Positions 12,880-25,332 of a stretch of DNA of 64,000 nt are shown here, piece after piece. Numbering within the stretch: position 1 is the first letter of the stretch; each line of letters opens with the position of its first letter. The position numbers and the translations under genes are program-made. The DNA is from Eledone cirrhosa (Eukaryota), in assembly GCA_964016885.1 (NCBI GenBank), contig OZ024740.1, positions 338,396,001 to 338,460,000 of the forward strand, written 5' to 3'. The notes below the pieces were generated by a model, which was not told the DNA's origin, ran no database searches, and was given only the letters and a program-made list of their open reading frames with translations.

Positions 12880-13330
12880 AAATTATCTACCCATAAAAAC
12901 TGCGCGTCCTATACTCTGTAAGACTATCAACCAAAATACGCATGTATTTCAAACTGTAGCCGATGCTTTGCCAAGTAAGTGGAATCGACTATTGGTACCT
13001 TTCTTAAACATGATGGTTCTCTTAGTAATATTTCCAAAGAGAAAGATATTTGCTGCCCATCTCCATATTCTAGATAAATCTCCCATAAAACTATGTCTTT
13101 TTACTTCATCTCACTCACCACTAGCAAAGACACCAGTCCTGACAATATACTTTTATTACCTTCAACGTGCCTAAACATATCCCCTATCCTCACAAAATTC
13201 TTCAATCTCTCCATCACGGAATATATTCTCATCTTTGGAAACATTCAAGAATGTATCCCATTCTCAAGAATGGCATCCCTTCCATTCCTACCAATCCTCA
13301 CTCTATTTCACTCGCTTCCAATACCTCATT
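12880..13330 (+). pseudogene. Decayed L2/CR1-group LINE ORF2 fragment
   Basis: Broken frames give SKDTSPDNI...ISPILTKFFNLS...LWKHSRMYPILKNG...ISLAS, matching the pre-RT/RT domain-0 pattern. Confidence 0.6.
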
Positions 13331-13529
13331 AAATTACAATAAAACCGCTCGGTCCAGTTCTCATCCCAACCCACTTAAATTTCCTTCATGGGCTTTAATT
13401 TTAAAGTGAGACTAAAGGCATGGATATCTGTTTGTCTCTGAAGCCCCTCTCTCTCTTTCAAAACATATTGGATAAGAAATATGTTGATTTTCCTGAGATC
13501 ACATTGGAACCCAAATACATTGTGTTAAT

Positions 13530-13712
13530 CATGCTTAGCGACATAGAGTTATCACCCCTTACGTTCTGAGTTCAAATCCCACCGAAGTTAGCATTGCCTC
13601 TTATCCTTACGGGGTCGGTAAAATGAAGTACCAGTAATGCACTGAGGTCGATTTAATCGAATTTCCCCTCCTCCAAAATTATTGGCCTTGTGCCTACATC
13701 AGAAACCGTTAT
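13530..13712 (+). mobile_element. tRNA-derived SINE
   Basis: gagttcaaatccc, ggggtcggtaaaatgaagtacc, tail ggccttgtgcc. Confidence 0.75.
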
Positions 13713-14281
13713 TATGAGGTCAGATTGAAACCAAACATACTGGATAAGCAGGATGTTCATCAATGTGAAACCATTTTGACACCTAAAATTGATTTCTAAA
13801 TGAACTGGATAATCAACATGTAATTACATATATATAATTACAGTTTCTGGTTGAGAAGGAAAGAAATATAGCTAGACAAGAGATAAGAGAATATATCTTT
13901 TAAGCACAATATTGGTCAGTTTTCCCAATTGGCTGCACCAGTGGCTTGTTGTTGACGCTGTTGTTTTTATGGCTCACCTCTTCGTAGATTTACGCGGCCT
14001 CTCATGGGGTTACATCTCATAGGATGTCTCTTCAGGGTTTAAATGATACGGGTCCCCAGCTCTATCAGTGGTTTGTAGAAAAATAAATCAACACGTGAAC
14101 GCCGTTCAAATAAGCCTTAGCAAACGACTGGTAGAACATACCTTTCTAACTTAATCAGTAAATAGTAAGTTTAGAACTTCAAACCATGCTCAGTGTATCG
14201 ACGATAACTTTGCTTTGTGCTTAAACAGAACATAATGAAAATACATTCGACGGATAGGTATCCTCTACTTGTTTTGTTGTT

Positions 14282-14327
14282 AACACAATGTTTCGGCTGA
14301 TGTACCCTCCAGCCTTCATCAGGTGTC
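14282..14327 (-). ncRNA. Minimal type I hammerhead ribozyme (left-arm copy)
   Basis: gacac-CTGATGA-a-ggctgg agggtaca tcagcc-GAAACATT-gtgtt. Confidence 0.65.
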
Positions 14328-14644
14328 CTAGTGATGTTATTATTAACGTTTGTTCAGGTCACTGCCTAGAATTGAATTCGGAATCTTGAGGATAGTAACC
14401 CGCTTTTTTAACCACTTTTTTTTCTCGTGCATTTTTAGGGCTTATAATCTGATATTTTTCTATCCTTCCTCAATACCGGTTCCCATATACTACTCATATC
14501 TGAAGGATAGAAAAATATCAGTTTATAAGCCCTAAAAATTTATGAGAAAAAAAAAAGGGGTTAAAAAAGCGGGCTACTATCCTCAAGATTCCGAATTCAA
14601 TTCTAGGCAGTGACCTGAACAAACGTTAATAATAACATCACTAG

Positions 14645-14690
14645 GACACCTGATGAAGGCTGGAGAGTACATCAGCCGAAATGTTGTGTT
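14645..14690 (+). ncRNA. Minimal type I hammerhead ribozyme (right-arm copy)
   Basis: gacac-CTGATGA-a-ggctgg agagtaca tcagcc-GAAATGTT-gtgtt; the two arms imply ancestral palindromic stem III ACGT. Confidence 0.65.
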
Positions 14691-14810
14691 AACAACAAAA
14701 CAAGATGAGGATACCTATCCGTCCAATGTATATAATGTAAATAATTCCTCGTCTTAAAAATATAGAACAGTATATTGAAAATATTTAGAATCCGTGTTTC
14801 AATACATTCA

Positions 14811-14985
14811 TAATTGTTTCTACTTTTGGCACAAGGCTAGCAATTATCCCAGTGCATTACTGGTACTTTATTTTATCGAACCCGTAAGGATGAAAGGCAA
14901 AGTTAACCTCGGCGGGATTTTAACAAAGACTTTAAAGGACCGTAACTCTAAAGCATGGTGTCTGATTTTCTACCGATACTGCTAA
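14811..14985 (-). mobile_element. tRNA-derived SINE
   Basis: Reverse complement of the 5157-5343 family. Confidence 0.8.
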
Positions 14986-15773
14986 ATGCAGCGATATTAG
15001 TCACTATTTCCTTTCTCTTGAAAAGGAGGTCCTAAACCTGAAATATCCTGAAATACAAAGTAAAAGTGTAGAATCTTTTGTTTAGCTCGTATTACTTACT
15101 TTACTCCAGTTTTCACTCGTGTATTTCTAATTTCCCCCCAACCACCACCACCACCACCACCACCACACACACACACACACACATACACACACACACTTAC
15201 CGACTCTAAAATTATATGCACGTATCTAACTGATTTATTCAGTAGATATTTCTTTATGGAAACAGAATTACCATCTTATCTAAAATTTAGAATTTGCTAC
15301 TTGAAAATTGAGAAGTTCCCTGACCAAGTCACCTTAAAGAAAATATTGGAATGTAAACATAATGAAAGATCACATAGCATATTGTATTTCAATTCAACAA
15401 AATAGATTGCTAATTATAAAACTAAGATCAGTATTTACATTCAATAAGAGGTTAATTAAACTTAGCTAAGCTTCTTAAGAAGACATAAATTAGACATTTT
15501 GATCGATCTTTGACCGCAGATGGCAAAAAAACAAAAGCCCACAGGAGAAAATGATATTATTTCAAAGTTTGCAAATTATAGTGTACAAACAGGTCGATGG
15601 TGAGTATTTGATCAAAGTAGATTTTGATTATAGTTTCTCCAGTTTTGCACCTTCATCATCATAATCATCCTCATCTTCTTCGACTTCTTCTCCTTCGACT
15701 TCGTCATTTTCGTCTTCTTCTCGTTCTTCCTTGTACACACGGAAGGGAAAGTGAGCAAGAAGAATATATATAA

Positions 15774-17085
15774 TCATCATCATCATCGTTTTTACGTCCG
15801 ATTTCCCACAGCATCTCTTCACTCGTCACGTTCCTTCGTTATCTCTGTGAGTTTCAGCGATTTGAGATCAGCTCTCACCACATCCGCATATGTCTTCTTT
15901 GGTCTACCTCTACTGTGACTTCACTTCCTTCCACTGAGAAATCCTGGCATCTCTTCACCCAGCAATCATCATTCATGTACATTACATGCCCGTACCAACA
16001 CGATCTTCTCTTTTGGACACATTTACGGATTCCTCTTAAACCTAGTTTCTCCTTCAATTCATTCAAGCAATGCCTTTCTCTCACATTTACATTACACATC
16101 CAATGATAGAACGAAGCATGATTGCTTCATTTCTTTCCAGTCTACCCATGTCCTCTTAGGTGACTGTTCATGTTTCACTACCATGCAGCATTGCATTTCG
16201 CAGACAAGCGACATACTGCCGTCCTTTTGTACATATGAAGAAACTTTTGTTGTCAACAATGGGTGTAGCTCACTAAATGTCTTCCATCCTATACTTATTC
16301 TAGCTATCATGCTCTCGGATCACCCTCCTCCGCTGCTAATTTGGTGACCTAGATAGCAGAAGCTATCAACCACTTCGACGGATCCTTCATGTGAATGGAA
16401 AAGGTTTATATCACTGATGCTTTTCCCATCGATTACCCCTATGTATCTACATACAACATTTTCACTTCCTGTTAGTCTATCTGTTTTCCCACATCTCTTG
16501 TGTATCCAAGATTTACATTGTGTGCATCCTATATAGCTTATTCCCTTTCCTTTTCTACATAATGAGCAGGGCCACTTACTAGCACTTTCATTTTGGCTAA
16601 GTTTACTCTCAGCCCTTTTGAATCCAAATTCTGGACAGCCAGTCACAAACCCCTCTGTTATGGCCTGGGAGAACTATGATGAACAACAATGGGCTAAAAA
16701 CTGACCCTGATGAACTCTTATCTTTATCTAGAATTCTGCACTAAACTCACTTCCTATTCTCACTTTACTAACAACTCCTCTCTACATGGCTTGCCATGAT
16801 TTTACAAGCCATTTTTCTACACCTAATTTTTCTAAGGACCACCAGATAACAGAACATGTTTCTCTGACAAAGTCCTTGTCTAGATCAATAAAAGCTAAAT
16901 ATTGCGGCTTAATCTTGGCTAGAATCTTCTCTTGTAGTTGTCTCACTAAGAAGAGGGCATCTGCAGTACTTTTCCCAGGCATAAACCCAAACTGCATCAC
17001 GTATAATTTGATTCTTACCCTAATCGTCTGTGCTATGACTCCTTCCGTCACTTTCATAAATTGGTCCATTAGTTTTATTCCTCTG
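15774..17085 (-). mobile_element. RTE-clade LINE 3' fragment (RT, PHD-like Cys cluster, C-terminus), decayed
   Basis: QFGFMPGKSTADALFLVRQLQEK...AFIDLDK; WPCSLCRK...CTQCKSWIHKRC; EVVDSFCYLG; WYGHV; (GAT)n tail. Confidence 0.85.
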
Positions 17086-17425
17086 AGTGTTGCTGAGTGG
17101 TACCAATTTATGATGAGAATATATATATATAGATATGATACAGAATCTGAGAATACGTGCCGCGGACAGACAATGGAAAAACACGGGTACATCCCTTTTC
17201 CCTCAACTGTCTACTGGAAATCGCAACGAGTTCGGTGCATTAAAAACATATTGCTCCCTCCAGTACATCAGGTATTGGGCATCAACATTTTACATAAAAA
17301 AGGTAAAAACCCAGGGTACTTCGAACTGAAAATATAAAGCAATAATAACCGGGTATAGTATGCAGCAATTCAGCCACGAGGAAATGGAGAGAAAATAAAC
17401 ATTCAGATGTTAATACTGTGAAGAC

Positions 17426-17726
17426 TATGGCCAGATTTAATGGGGGGAGCAAAGGAGGCAGCCCCCCCCCCCCAACAGTGGAGGCGGGGGCACCAGCGAT
17501 GGCCGTTGCAAGTTATTTGTGAACTCAGCTGGTCTTTTTAGTTTTAGGATGGTTAGAAATTTAGAATTTAATACCTGTATGTATAACTTTTCAATTGAAA
17601 TTACTTACGCCAAGCTAACTTTGATAGATAAAATTCGGGGGTTTGGTGTGTAACATTCTTGTGTATGAGCCCCCTCCCACTAAGCCTGAGGTGCCCCAGG
17701 CACCTCAAGGTTTAAATCCAACCCTG
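17426..17726. mobile_element. hAT-type MITE with 8-bp TSD
   Basis: TSD GTGAAGAC at 17418-17425 and 17727-17734; imperfect TIR tatggccagattta / taaatccaaccctg. Confidence 0.8.
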
Positions 17727-18189
17727 GTGAAGACAACACAAAACACGGACAGTGAACTATGAAGTAGCATACTGAGAAAAATTTACGTGAGGTGACGTGG
17801 TAGATTATACACCATCTGTAAGTTTTTCTTTATTTCCTCTTTCTCTTCCATTCTCTTTCTTTCCCTCTCTCTCTCCTTCTATACATCTTCCTTCCTCTTT
17901 CTTGACCACATCGTTTAAAATACATGTATTTAGAGTCAATTATTCCATGCCATAATTCAATATTAAACACCTACTTGAAAATTAATAAAATGCAAATTAC
18001 CAACATGCATTTTAAATGAAACTTTACAAAAATTCATTTTCAAAGGTTTAGATTACGATTATGTTCATGAAATTTAAAATCGAAAAAAAAATTAATTCTT
18101 CTTTTTCTCGTAATTCATACTTGTAGAAATGATATTCCATGTGTGCCTATAGAAAATTTATGATTTAGCCCATTACAAACACAAACAAG

Positions 18190-18930
18190 TGCAACATTCT
18201 TAGGGGACTGAGGGTGATGATTTGATAAGGAGCTCTGCATTTCCTTTGTGGGAGATTTATATATCGTTATGACAAGACCTTTGACGCCACGGGTTTTCAT
18301 GTGTTGTCAATCTGTCTAAATGCAGGTCACTTCGTTTGCAATATCGAGTTAAACCTAATTATCAAGCTAGCCCTGACTCGAATCATTATACTCTCAATTC
18401 TCCAACCAACTGACCTGTCCAGAATAGGTAAAAAAAGGTCAGATGTCCCTGGGTAAGAGATAGATATCTCATTTGGGAACATAACAGTCAGCAACTTTTT
18501 TGCTCCTTCCTACATCCTGGATATTGAAGTGAAGTTGAGTGACGCTGCACCCATAGTTGAACGGAATAAAATTCTAAAATATAAAGAATTATCAACAAAC
18601 TTTTCATCAGCTTGGAGTTTAAGGCATTTGGCGGAGATGCGCCGCTGACAACGAAATTCTTGTCATTGTTGGCGGCTCACTTTAGCAATGTTTCAGGTGA
18701 TGCTCGCAAAGATGCTTAGTTATTCTAGCGTGTTAGACTCGCTGTTACTGCCAGCAATGCTGCGAGCGTGTTGGCTTGCCTGAACAATTATTAGCGGGAA
18801 GGTCCAGCACCCCTTGTGGCATGTGGTTGAGTGTGTGGGTCCCAATTTTTTTCCTCTTCTTTTTTTAATACTTGTTGAATAAATTTGTTTTATTTACTTG
18901 TTGAATAAAATTTTAAAACTAAAAAGAAAA
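18190..18930 (+). mobile_element. CRE-like RLE non-LTR retrotransposon 3' fragment, decayed
   Basis: Broken frames give KKRSD..PW, TFFAPSY, RLAVTASNAASVLACL (RLE C-terminus pattern); AATAAA and A-rich end. Confidence 0.6.
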
Positions 18931-18979
18931 ATATTGAAAGTATTCAGTAAATAAAAACATTAACGAACGGAACTATACA

Positions 18980-19198
18980 ATAATTGTTTCTACCTTTAGG
19001 CACACGGTCAGCAATTTGGCGGGAGGGGAAAGTCGATTAAATCGAGCCCAGTGCATTACTGGTACTTTATTTTATCGACCCTGCAAGGATGAAAGGCAAA
19101 GCTCACCTTGATGCGATTTGAACTCAGAACGTAAATAGTCGTAACTCTATGTCGCAAAACATACCGTCCGACGCCCTACCGATACTGCCAACCGGCTA
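18980..19198 (-). mobile_element. tRNA-derived SINE, full length
   Basis: Reverse complement of family core and tRNA head. Confidence 0.8.
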
Positions 19199-19488
19199 CC
19201 CTATGCAATAATGAAAAAGCTTTAACAATAATTAATTACTTTTTTATTTTATTTCACCAGCATAATTCAAATCTACATCAAGGGAAACGTAACTCTGCAA
19301 AATTTCATTAAAAAATATGCAGTCTTAAGATGGTTATGATGAAACAGATTAGAGGGGTGCATTAAACTGTAATTATGCGTCATTGAGTCACTTTTTAGTT
19401 TGATACTTTTATATTGAGGTCGTTCGTTGACATAAGTTTATTTGCTACCAAATGGTCCACTACACATATTCACCACCCCCATATATAT

Positions 19489-19643
<155 letters not shown>

Positions 19644-21209
19644 AACACACATATATATATATACACAAACAAATAGAGGGAACGAGAAAACATAAGGGAA
19701 TAAAGAAAAACATGTAAAAAAAAATGTGTATGTATATATACATTATGTCTATATCAAATGTGCGTTTGCATACATCTATGAATATCTCTGTATCAATATA
19801 TTTCTCTCAGTCTCTCTAAAACGACACGGGGTATATTTGCACAGTGAGGCTAAATGAATATTTATTAAACGTAGGCATGTACATTTATTTACAATTTATC
19901 TACAAACATGAAGTCTCATGTATGTAGGCAGCAAGAGTGAAAAAGGGAGAAAATGATGGTAAGGGAGTGAGAAGGAGACAAAGTAAGAGCAAGTGTAAAG
20001 GAGTGAAGAGTCAATAAATACTGAATCACTACCAATATATTCCAAAATGAAATCGAACGAAAAAATTTCATTATTGCTGAGATGCCGCATTCCTATCCCG
20101 GGTGCGTCCTATCACAAGACTGTCTTTAATCAGCAGTTTTAGAGCCCAGCTGACGTTGCTATTTCTATATATATCTCATTATTACTTCTAAATAACCCAC
20201 ACATTTCTATGAACGAAAGTACGTTTTTTTCCCAATTTCTCTTCAGTTTATTTTCCCTTATCATCATGTCTTCCCTTCATCTTACTCTATTGACTTTTTT
20301 TTCCATAATTAATGTTCAACATAAACTAAAATTAATGCTAGGTAAAGATTAAAACAGGAAATTACGTAAACACTGGCGTATTTCAAGTAGCCAATCAAAC
20401 TCTCCAGAAATTGACGGGTAGCCATATTTGTCGGCTGAACAATTCTCTACTCAATATCCTATCTTCTCGCTGCCATGTTGTTTGAGTAAAACCACTATTT
20501 ATCTAATTTGTATATGAGCCAAAACTCTATCAAAACATCATATTTCTATTTCCAAGCAAACTAAATCAATAACTAGTTCGATAAAGAAATTATAAGGTCA
20601 TGTCGACTTTTAATAAGCGGCACATAATGGAGATGGCCTGACACTCTCGGAAGAGAAGTTCCTTGGAGGAATCGCACCTCACGTGAGCCAGTAGACGACA
20701 GTGTAGAAAGGATACAAACAGATAAGGGCTGGTTGTTAATCGTTGCTTGGGAGATAAGACGGAAATAGTTTATCAAGTACGGATTTGTTTTTAGTATATC
20801 CAGGAGACGTGAACCAACATGTAGTAGCTTGCAATAATGAAAATAAAAAATAAAATAAAATAACAAGTTAGTAAGTCAACTACTGGACGCAATAAATTGG
20901 TGTAGTAGTAAATAAAACATCAACAATTATTTAAACATAAATATCATCGGATATTAGGCTGCAAATATGTACTTGTAAGTTTATGTATATGAGAGGGAGT
21001 TAGTGAGGGAAAGAATTAAAGTGACAAGATCCGTTAAATGTTCAAATATTCTCAACAAGCCGAATTGACACAGAAACGTATCTATTCCCAGCTGGGAAAG
21101 ATTAATTTTATGTTGATAACAAAACCTTCTCCGCACATGGCAGTGTAATTAAATGCCCCCGTTTGCGAATTATTTGATCACTCTATCTTGCGAATATGGT
21201 TACAAGCAC

Positions 21210-21240
<31 letters not shown>

Positions 21241-21389
21241 TGTATGTATGTATGTATGTATGTATGTATGTATGTATGTACTTCTGGTATTTTTTTAATG
21301 AATTTCTCACCAATAGAAAGACCCAGTCTCTAACACAGACACAACCCTTTCATTGGAATTTTGACATCAACTAGGTAATTAAGTAAGCA

Positions 21390-21454
<65 letters not shown>

Positions 21455-21585
21455 ATGCCATTGTATGTGTGGATCTGTATGTGTCCAGTTATATGTGCAC
21501 ATATATAACTATGTTTATATCTATACGTGTGTGTATGCAGTTATTACATGCTAAATTTATGTACGTATGTATGTTAGGAATAATT

Positions 21586-21900
21586 CGGCTGGATACCCGA
21601 TAGTGCGGTTAAACCACTAGATGTGAAGGACCCCTAGCCTTTGTCAGAGCATTCTTCTAGGAGAAGGCAACTCAGGAAACTGGAATAACTCCAACATAAA
21701 ACCTGTGGCTCAATAGTTACCGATGATGTTGATTTTTTCTTCTTTTCGGGTTATAGCTACTGTCGCCCAGAGAGTGTAATTGGCTCAGTGCACAGTCTTT
21801 CCTCACTTTAAAAAAAATCTTAACGCACAGGCATTGCACGATAGCATCAATTGATAATTATTAATAATGTTATATCGTGCAATGGCCATACTCGATAATG
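21586..21900 (+). mobile_element. RTE-related non-autonomous element / 5'UTR-like segment
   Basis: ccctagcctttgtcagagcattcttctaggagaaggcaactc resembles RTE 5'UTR motifs; 3' hairpin cattgcacgat / atcgtgcaatg. Confidence 0.4.
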
Positions 21901-22276
21901 AATGTATGTATGTAGATAGATATACAGTATATCCCCAAAAGAGTATCATCTCTGTTTTGGCCTTTATACGTATATAGTATATAGTTTAATCACAACAACG
22001 GGCCCTCTCCCATTCGGCTGGCTAGCAGGCCAGTTGGAAAAGCCCTTCCTTGTCATTATACTTTATGTCTATAACTAACCTACTCTGTACCCCTGCATGC
22101 ATCAAGTACTACCCCAGAAACAATGAGGATAAACGGAAGAATGTAAGTATTTTGTTGGGGCTGATATTATGGTGTTGCAAAACAGCTACCGATCTTAATT
22201 TTTGTTACTCATTAACAACATTGTAAAAAAATGGATTAATTCAGTACTAAACCTTGTCTTATTTGATTTCATTGTT

Positions 22277-22442
22277 CAGGGTCGGACACCATGCTTTGAC
22301 ACATAGAGTTACGGCCCTTGCCATTCTGAGTTCAAATCCCGCCGAGGTTAACTTTGCCTTTCATCCTTACGGGGTCGATAAAATAAAGTACCAGTAATCC
22401 ACTGGATAATTTGCTGGCCTTGTGCCAAAAGTAGAAATAATT
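22277..22442 (+). mobile_element. tRNA-derived SINE
   Basis: Close match to 5157-5343. Confidence 0.85.
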
Positions 22443-23051
22443 GTTCAACCTTATATATCTGACTCTGTGTTTTTTGAATACTCGACAACATGTAATAAGA
22501 TACCATTTTTTCACAAAAACAAATTTCACTTTGCTTCGATGGATATTCATGTGTTCCTTACATTGAGTTCTGTTTGTTCAATCAACGGAAGAGTTTGCTC
22601 GTGTAATGAACGTATAAGTAGCTGAGCATTTCAGAACAAACAGAACATTCAGCATTGAAGTGGAGCTCTTTTCCACACACACAAACACACACACACACAC
22701 ACCTAAACACACACATACACACACTTACACATATATATTTAATATGAATCATTGTGAGTTATCTAATGATTGTTTGGTCAATGTGGGAGAAATATATAAG
22801 GTGCATAGCGTGATAAATAAAACCAAAAGTAATGTTTTTTACCCAGTATATTTCAGGGTTAACACCCTCTTTTCAAATGCAAAACAAAAACGAGAGTATG
22901 AGTCCTGAAATATTATGTTGAAATATATTGGGTAAAAAACATTCATTAATGTTTTGTTTTATTTGTCATCCTTTGCCCTTTATATATATATATTTCCACC
23001 ACACTGTACCCACTTTGTGAAGTTCTTACCAATAAATTTTATCTGTCTGCC

Positions 23052-23109
<58 letters not shown>

Positions 23110-23160
23110 ATATATATATGTATATATATATGTATATATATATATGTATATATATATGTC

Positions 23161-23202
<42 letters not shown>

Positions 23203-23642
23203 TATGTATACGTACATACATATATGTATACAGACGTACAGTAGTATGTATATATATATATACATACATGCACACATATATATATATACGTATGGATTCA
23301 CTGAACATTTATTATAATGCTCGGTGTGTTTGTAAACAAACATCACGTATTAAGCCGCAGTGTCTAGCAACCACCGTTGCTCGTTTGTTCAACACTGACA
23401 AAGGAATGCTGTACTAGTTTCAAGCTTGTTAGCTATCGTCAGCAGCGTATACCTTCCTGCCAGATAGTTGAACGTCCGAAAGTATATACTTTCCTTATGC
23501 ATATTAACGGCTGAGTAGCCCAATTTGCATATCGAGTGGGTTAATCGGCCCGGTGCACCGAAAACGATAAACGGAAAAAATGAAACGAAATTTCATTTCC
23601 CACTCTTAGTACGGCTGTTACTTAAATATAAGTATGTATACG

Positions 23643-23688
<46 letters not shown>

Positions 23689-23716
23689 ATCAAAAGATGG
23701 TTAAAAGTTTTCCATG

Positions 23717-23787
23717 TATTTTATTATTCGCATTTCAAAAACAAATATCATCATGCGATGACATTTGCGTTTTCGTCAGATAAAATA
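23717..23787 (-). ncRNA. Type I hammerhead ribozyme (inverted-arm copy, one stem III mismatch)
   Basis: tattttat-CTGACGA-stem II-GAAATGCGAATA-ataaaata. Confidence 0.7.
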
Positions 23788-23863
23788 GGGAGACATGATA
23801 TGAAGGTTAAAAAACACTTGTGAATAGTGCAGTTTTAAATCAACATATCATATCATGTGTGCC

Positions 23864-23934
23864 TATTTTATCTGACGAAAACGCAAATATCATCGCATGA
23901 TGATATTTGTTTTTGAAATGCGCATAATAAAATA
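23864..23934 (+). ncRNA. Canonical type I hammerhead ribozyme
   Basis: 8-bp stem I tattttat/ataaaata; core CTGACGA; 16-bp stem II with one mismatch; GAAA; palindromic stem III ATGCGCAT; predicted cleavage after 23926. Confidence 0.85.
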
Positions 23935-24058
23935 CATGGAACTCTTTTAACCATCTTTTGATCTTATAAATTATTTATACTCCAGTCCTACAAACTGTAA
24001 AGTGCTACTTATCCGAAATCGGCATTGCTTTATTGTACTACAATAAAACTCACCTCCT

Positions 24059-24113
<55 letters not shown>

Positions 24114-24118
<5 letters not shown>

Positions 24119-24450
24119 GAAAACGAAAAATCAGTGATGCATCTCAACTTAATTTATTGTGTGTTACAATTGTTTCGCTGGCGGACAGCTCGAGACGTGA
24201 TCATTGTGTGGATATGTCTGATTGTGTGGCTATGTCTGATTTATGTCGATGAATACCTCTAATGATTTTCTCACATAGACATCTCCACACAATGATCACG
24301 TCTCGAGCTGTCCGCCAGCGAAACAATTGTAACACACAATGAATTGAGTTCAGATGCATCACTGATTTTTCGTTTTCTATTATATCATACTCTGCTCTGT
24401 AAGAGCATAGAGTGCTCAACCGGCATACCGCCTATGGAAGCATCAGACAC
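24114..24450 (+). mobile_element. Fold-back element family A in (TA)n
   Basis: ~105-bp inverted arms 24114-24219 / 24277-24382; contains gctg..cagc-GAAA-CAATTG-TA (3' half of HHR); tail shared with 1-117. Confidence 0.75.
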
Positions 24451-24457
24451 ACATATA

Positions 24458-24515
<58 letters not shown>

Positions 24516-24786
24516 GGAGCTGCCAACATATATATATATCCGGGAGTTTCCAACAGAAATGGTCCCATTTTTTAAGGGTATGTCAATATTTATTTATATA
24601 ACTGATCTATATTATATTTTATCTGATGAAAGCACATCATAATTTAACTTGGTGTCCTTGAAATGTGTATAATGAAATAAATATGGTCTTATAAATATAG
24701 TTTCCATTTGTTAATATATCGTATATATATATATATATATATATAATATGTATGTATGTATGTATGTATATATATATATATATATA

Positions 24787-24830
<44 letters not shown>

Positions 24831-24832
<2 letters not shown>

Positions 24833-25095
24833 TCGACGGACCCTCTTAAAATGCTTTCTTATACCATTTTAAGAGGGTCCGTCGAGCCGCCGATTATTGA
24901 GTCGGGTAGGATCGATATAGATCGAACCTTGAGCTGATCAGTGGCGAAACGCGCGTCACCTATTAATAAATGCAATGAAGGAATAATCAAACGTCCTTAT
25001 TATCCTTTCAATATATTACACTCTGTATAGCTCTACACCTCATCACAGAAGTGAACCTAAATATCGAGTGCTCTCCCGGGTGAACCTGCAGTAAC
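24831..25095 (+). mobile_element. (TA)n-embedded element with 23-bp 5' inverted repeat and HHR-like motif
   Basis: IR 24831-24853 / 24865-24887; GAAACGCGCGTC followed by AATAAA. Confidence 0.7.
24875..24961 (+). ncRNA. Hammerhead-like motif with variant core CCGTCGA
   Basis: gggt-CCGTCGA-gccgccgat...atcagtggc-GAAA-CGCGCG-TC-acct. Confidence 0.5.
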
Positions 25096-25112
25096 TCCGA
25101 GTTACACCTCCT

Positions 25113-25187
<75 letters not shown>

Positions 25188-25212
25188 GTATATATATATA
25201 TATATATATATA

Positions 25213-25258
<46 letters not shown>

Positions 25259-25291
25259 ATTATTATTATTATTTATTATTACTATTATTTT

Positions 25292-25332
<41 letters not shown>

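Larger units (their letters stand above)
14241..14771 (+). mobile_element. Fold-back element (arms 14241-14468 / 14501-14731) with tRNA-like segment and HHR in each arm
   Basis: ~230-bp inverted arms, ~32-nt loop, short 3' extension. Confidence 0.8.
23685..24060 (+). mobile_element. Fold-back element with HHR in each arm, between (TA)n and (CA)n/(TA)n
   Basis: Inverted arms 23685-23803 / 23848-23967 plus ~90-nt 3' tail. Confidence 0.8.

Noticed and set aside
12524-13174. 216-aa ORF as a host gene
   Set aside because: GTG start, no domain, overlaps a decayed LINE fragment
14005-14040. Minus-strand CTGAAGA-gacatc..gatgt hammerhead remnant
   Set aside because: GAAA is missing and stems I and III are not evident
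14241-14731. Long inverted repeats as DNA-transposon TIRs or pre-miRNAs
   Set aside because: No defined TSD, asymmetric 3' tails and embedded HHR motifs fit Penelope-type inverted pseudo-LTRs better
23390-23440. CTGACAA...GAAAGTATATACTT hammerhead-like motif
   Set aside because: Core mismatch and no stem I pairing; too weak to call
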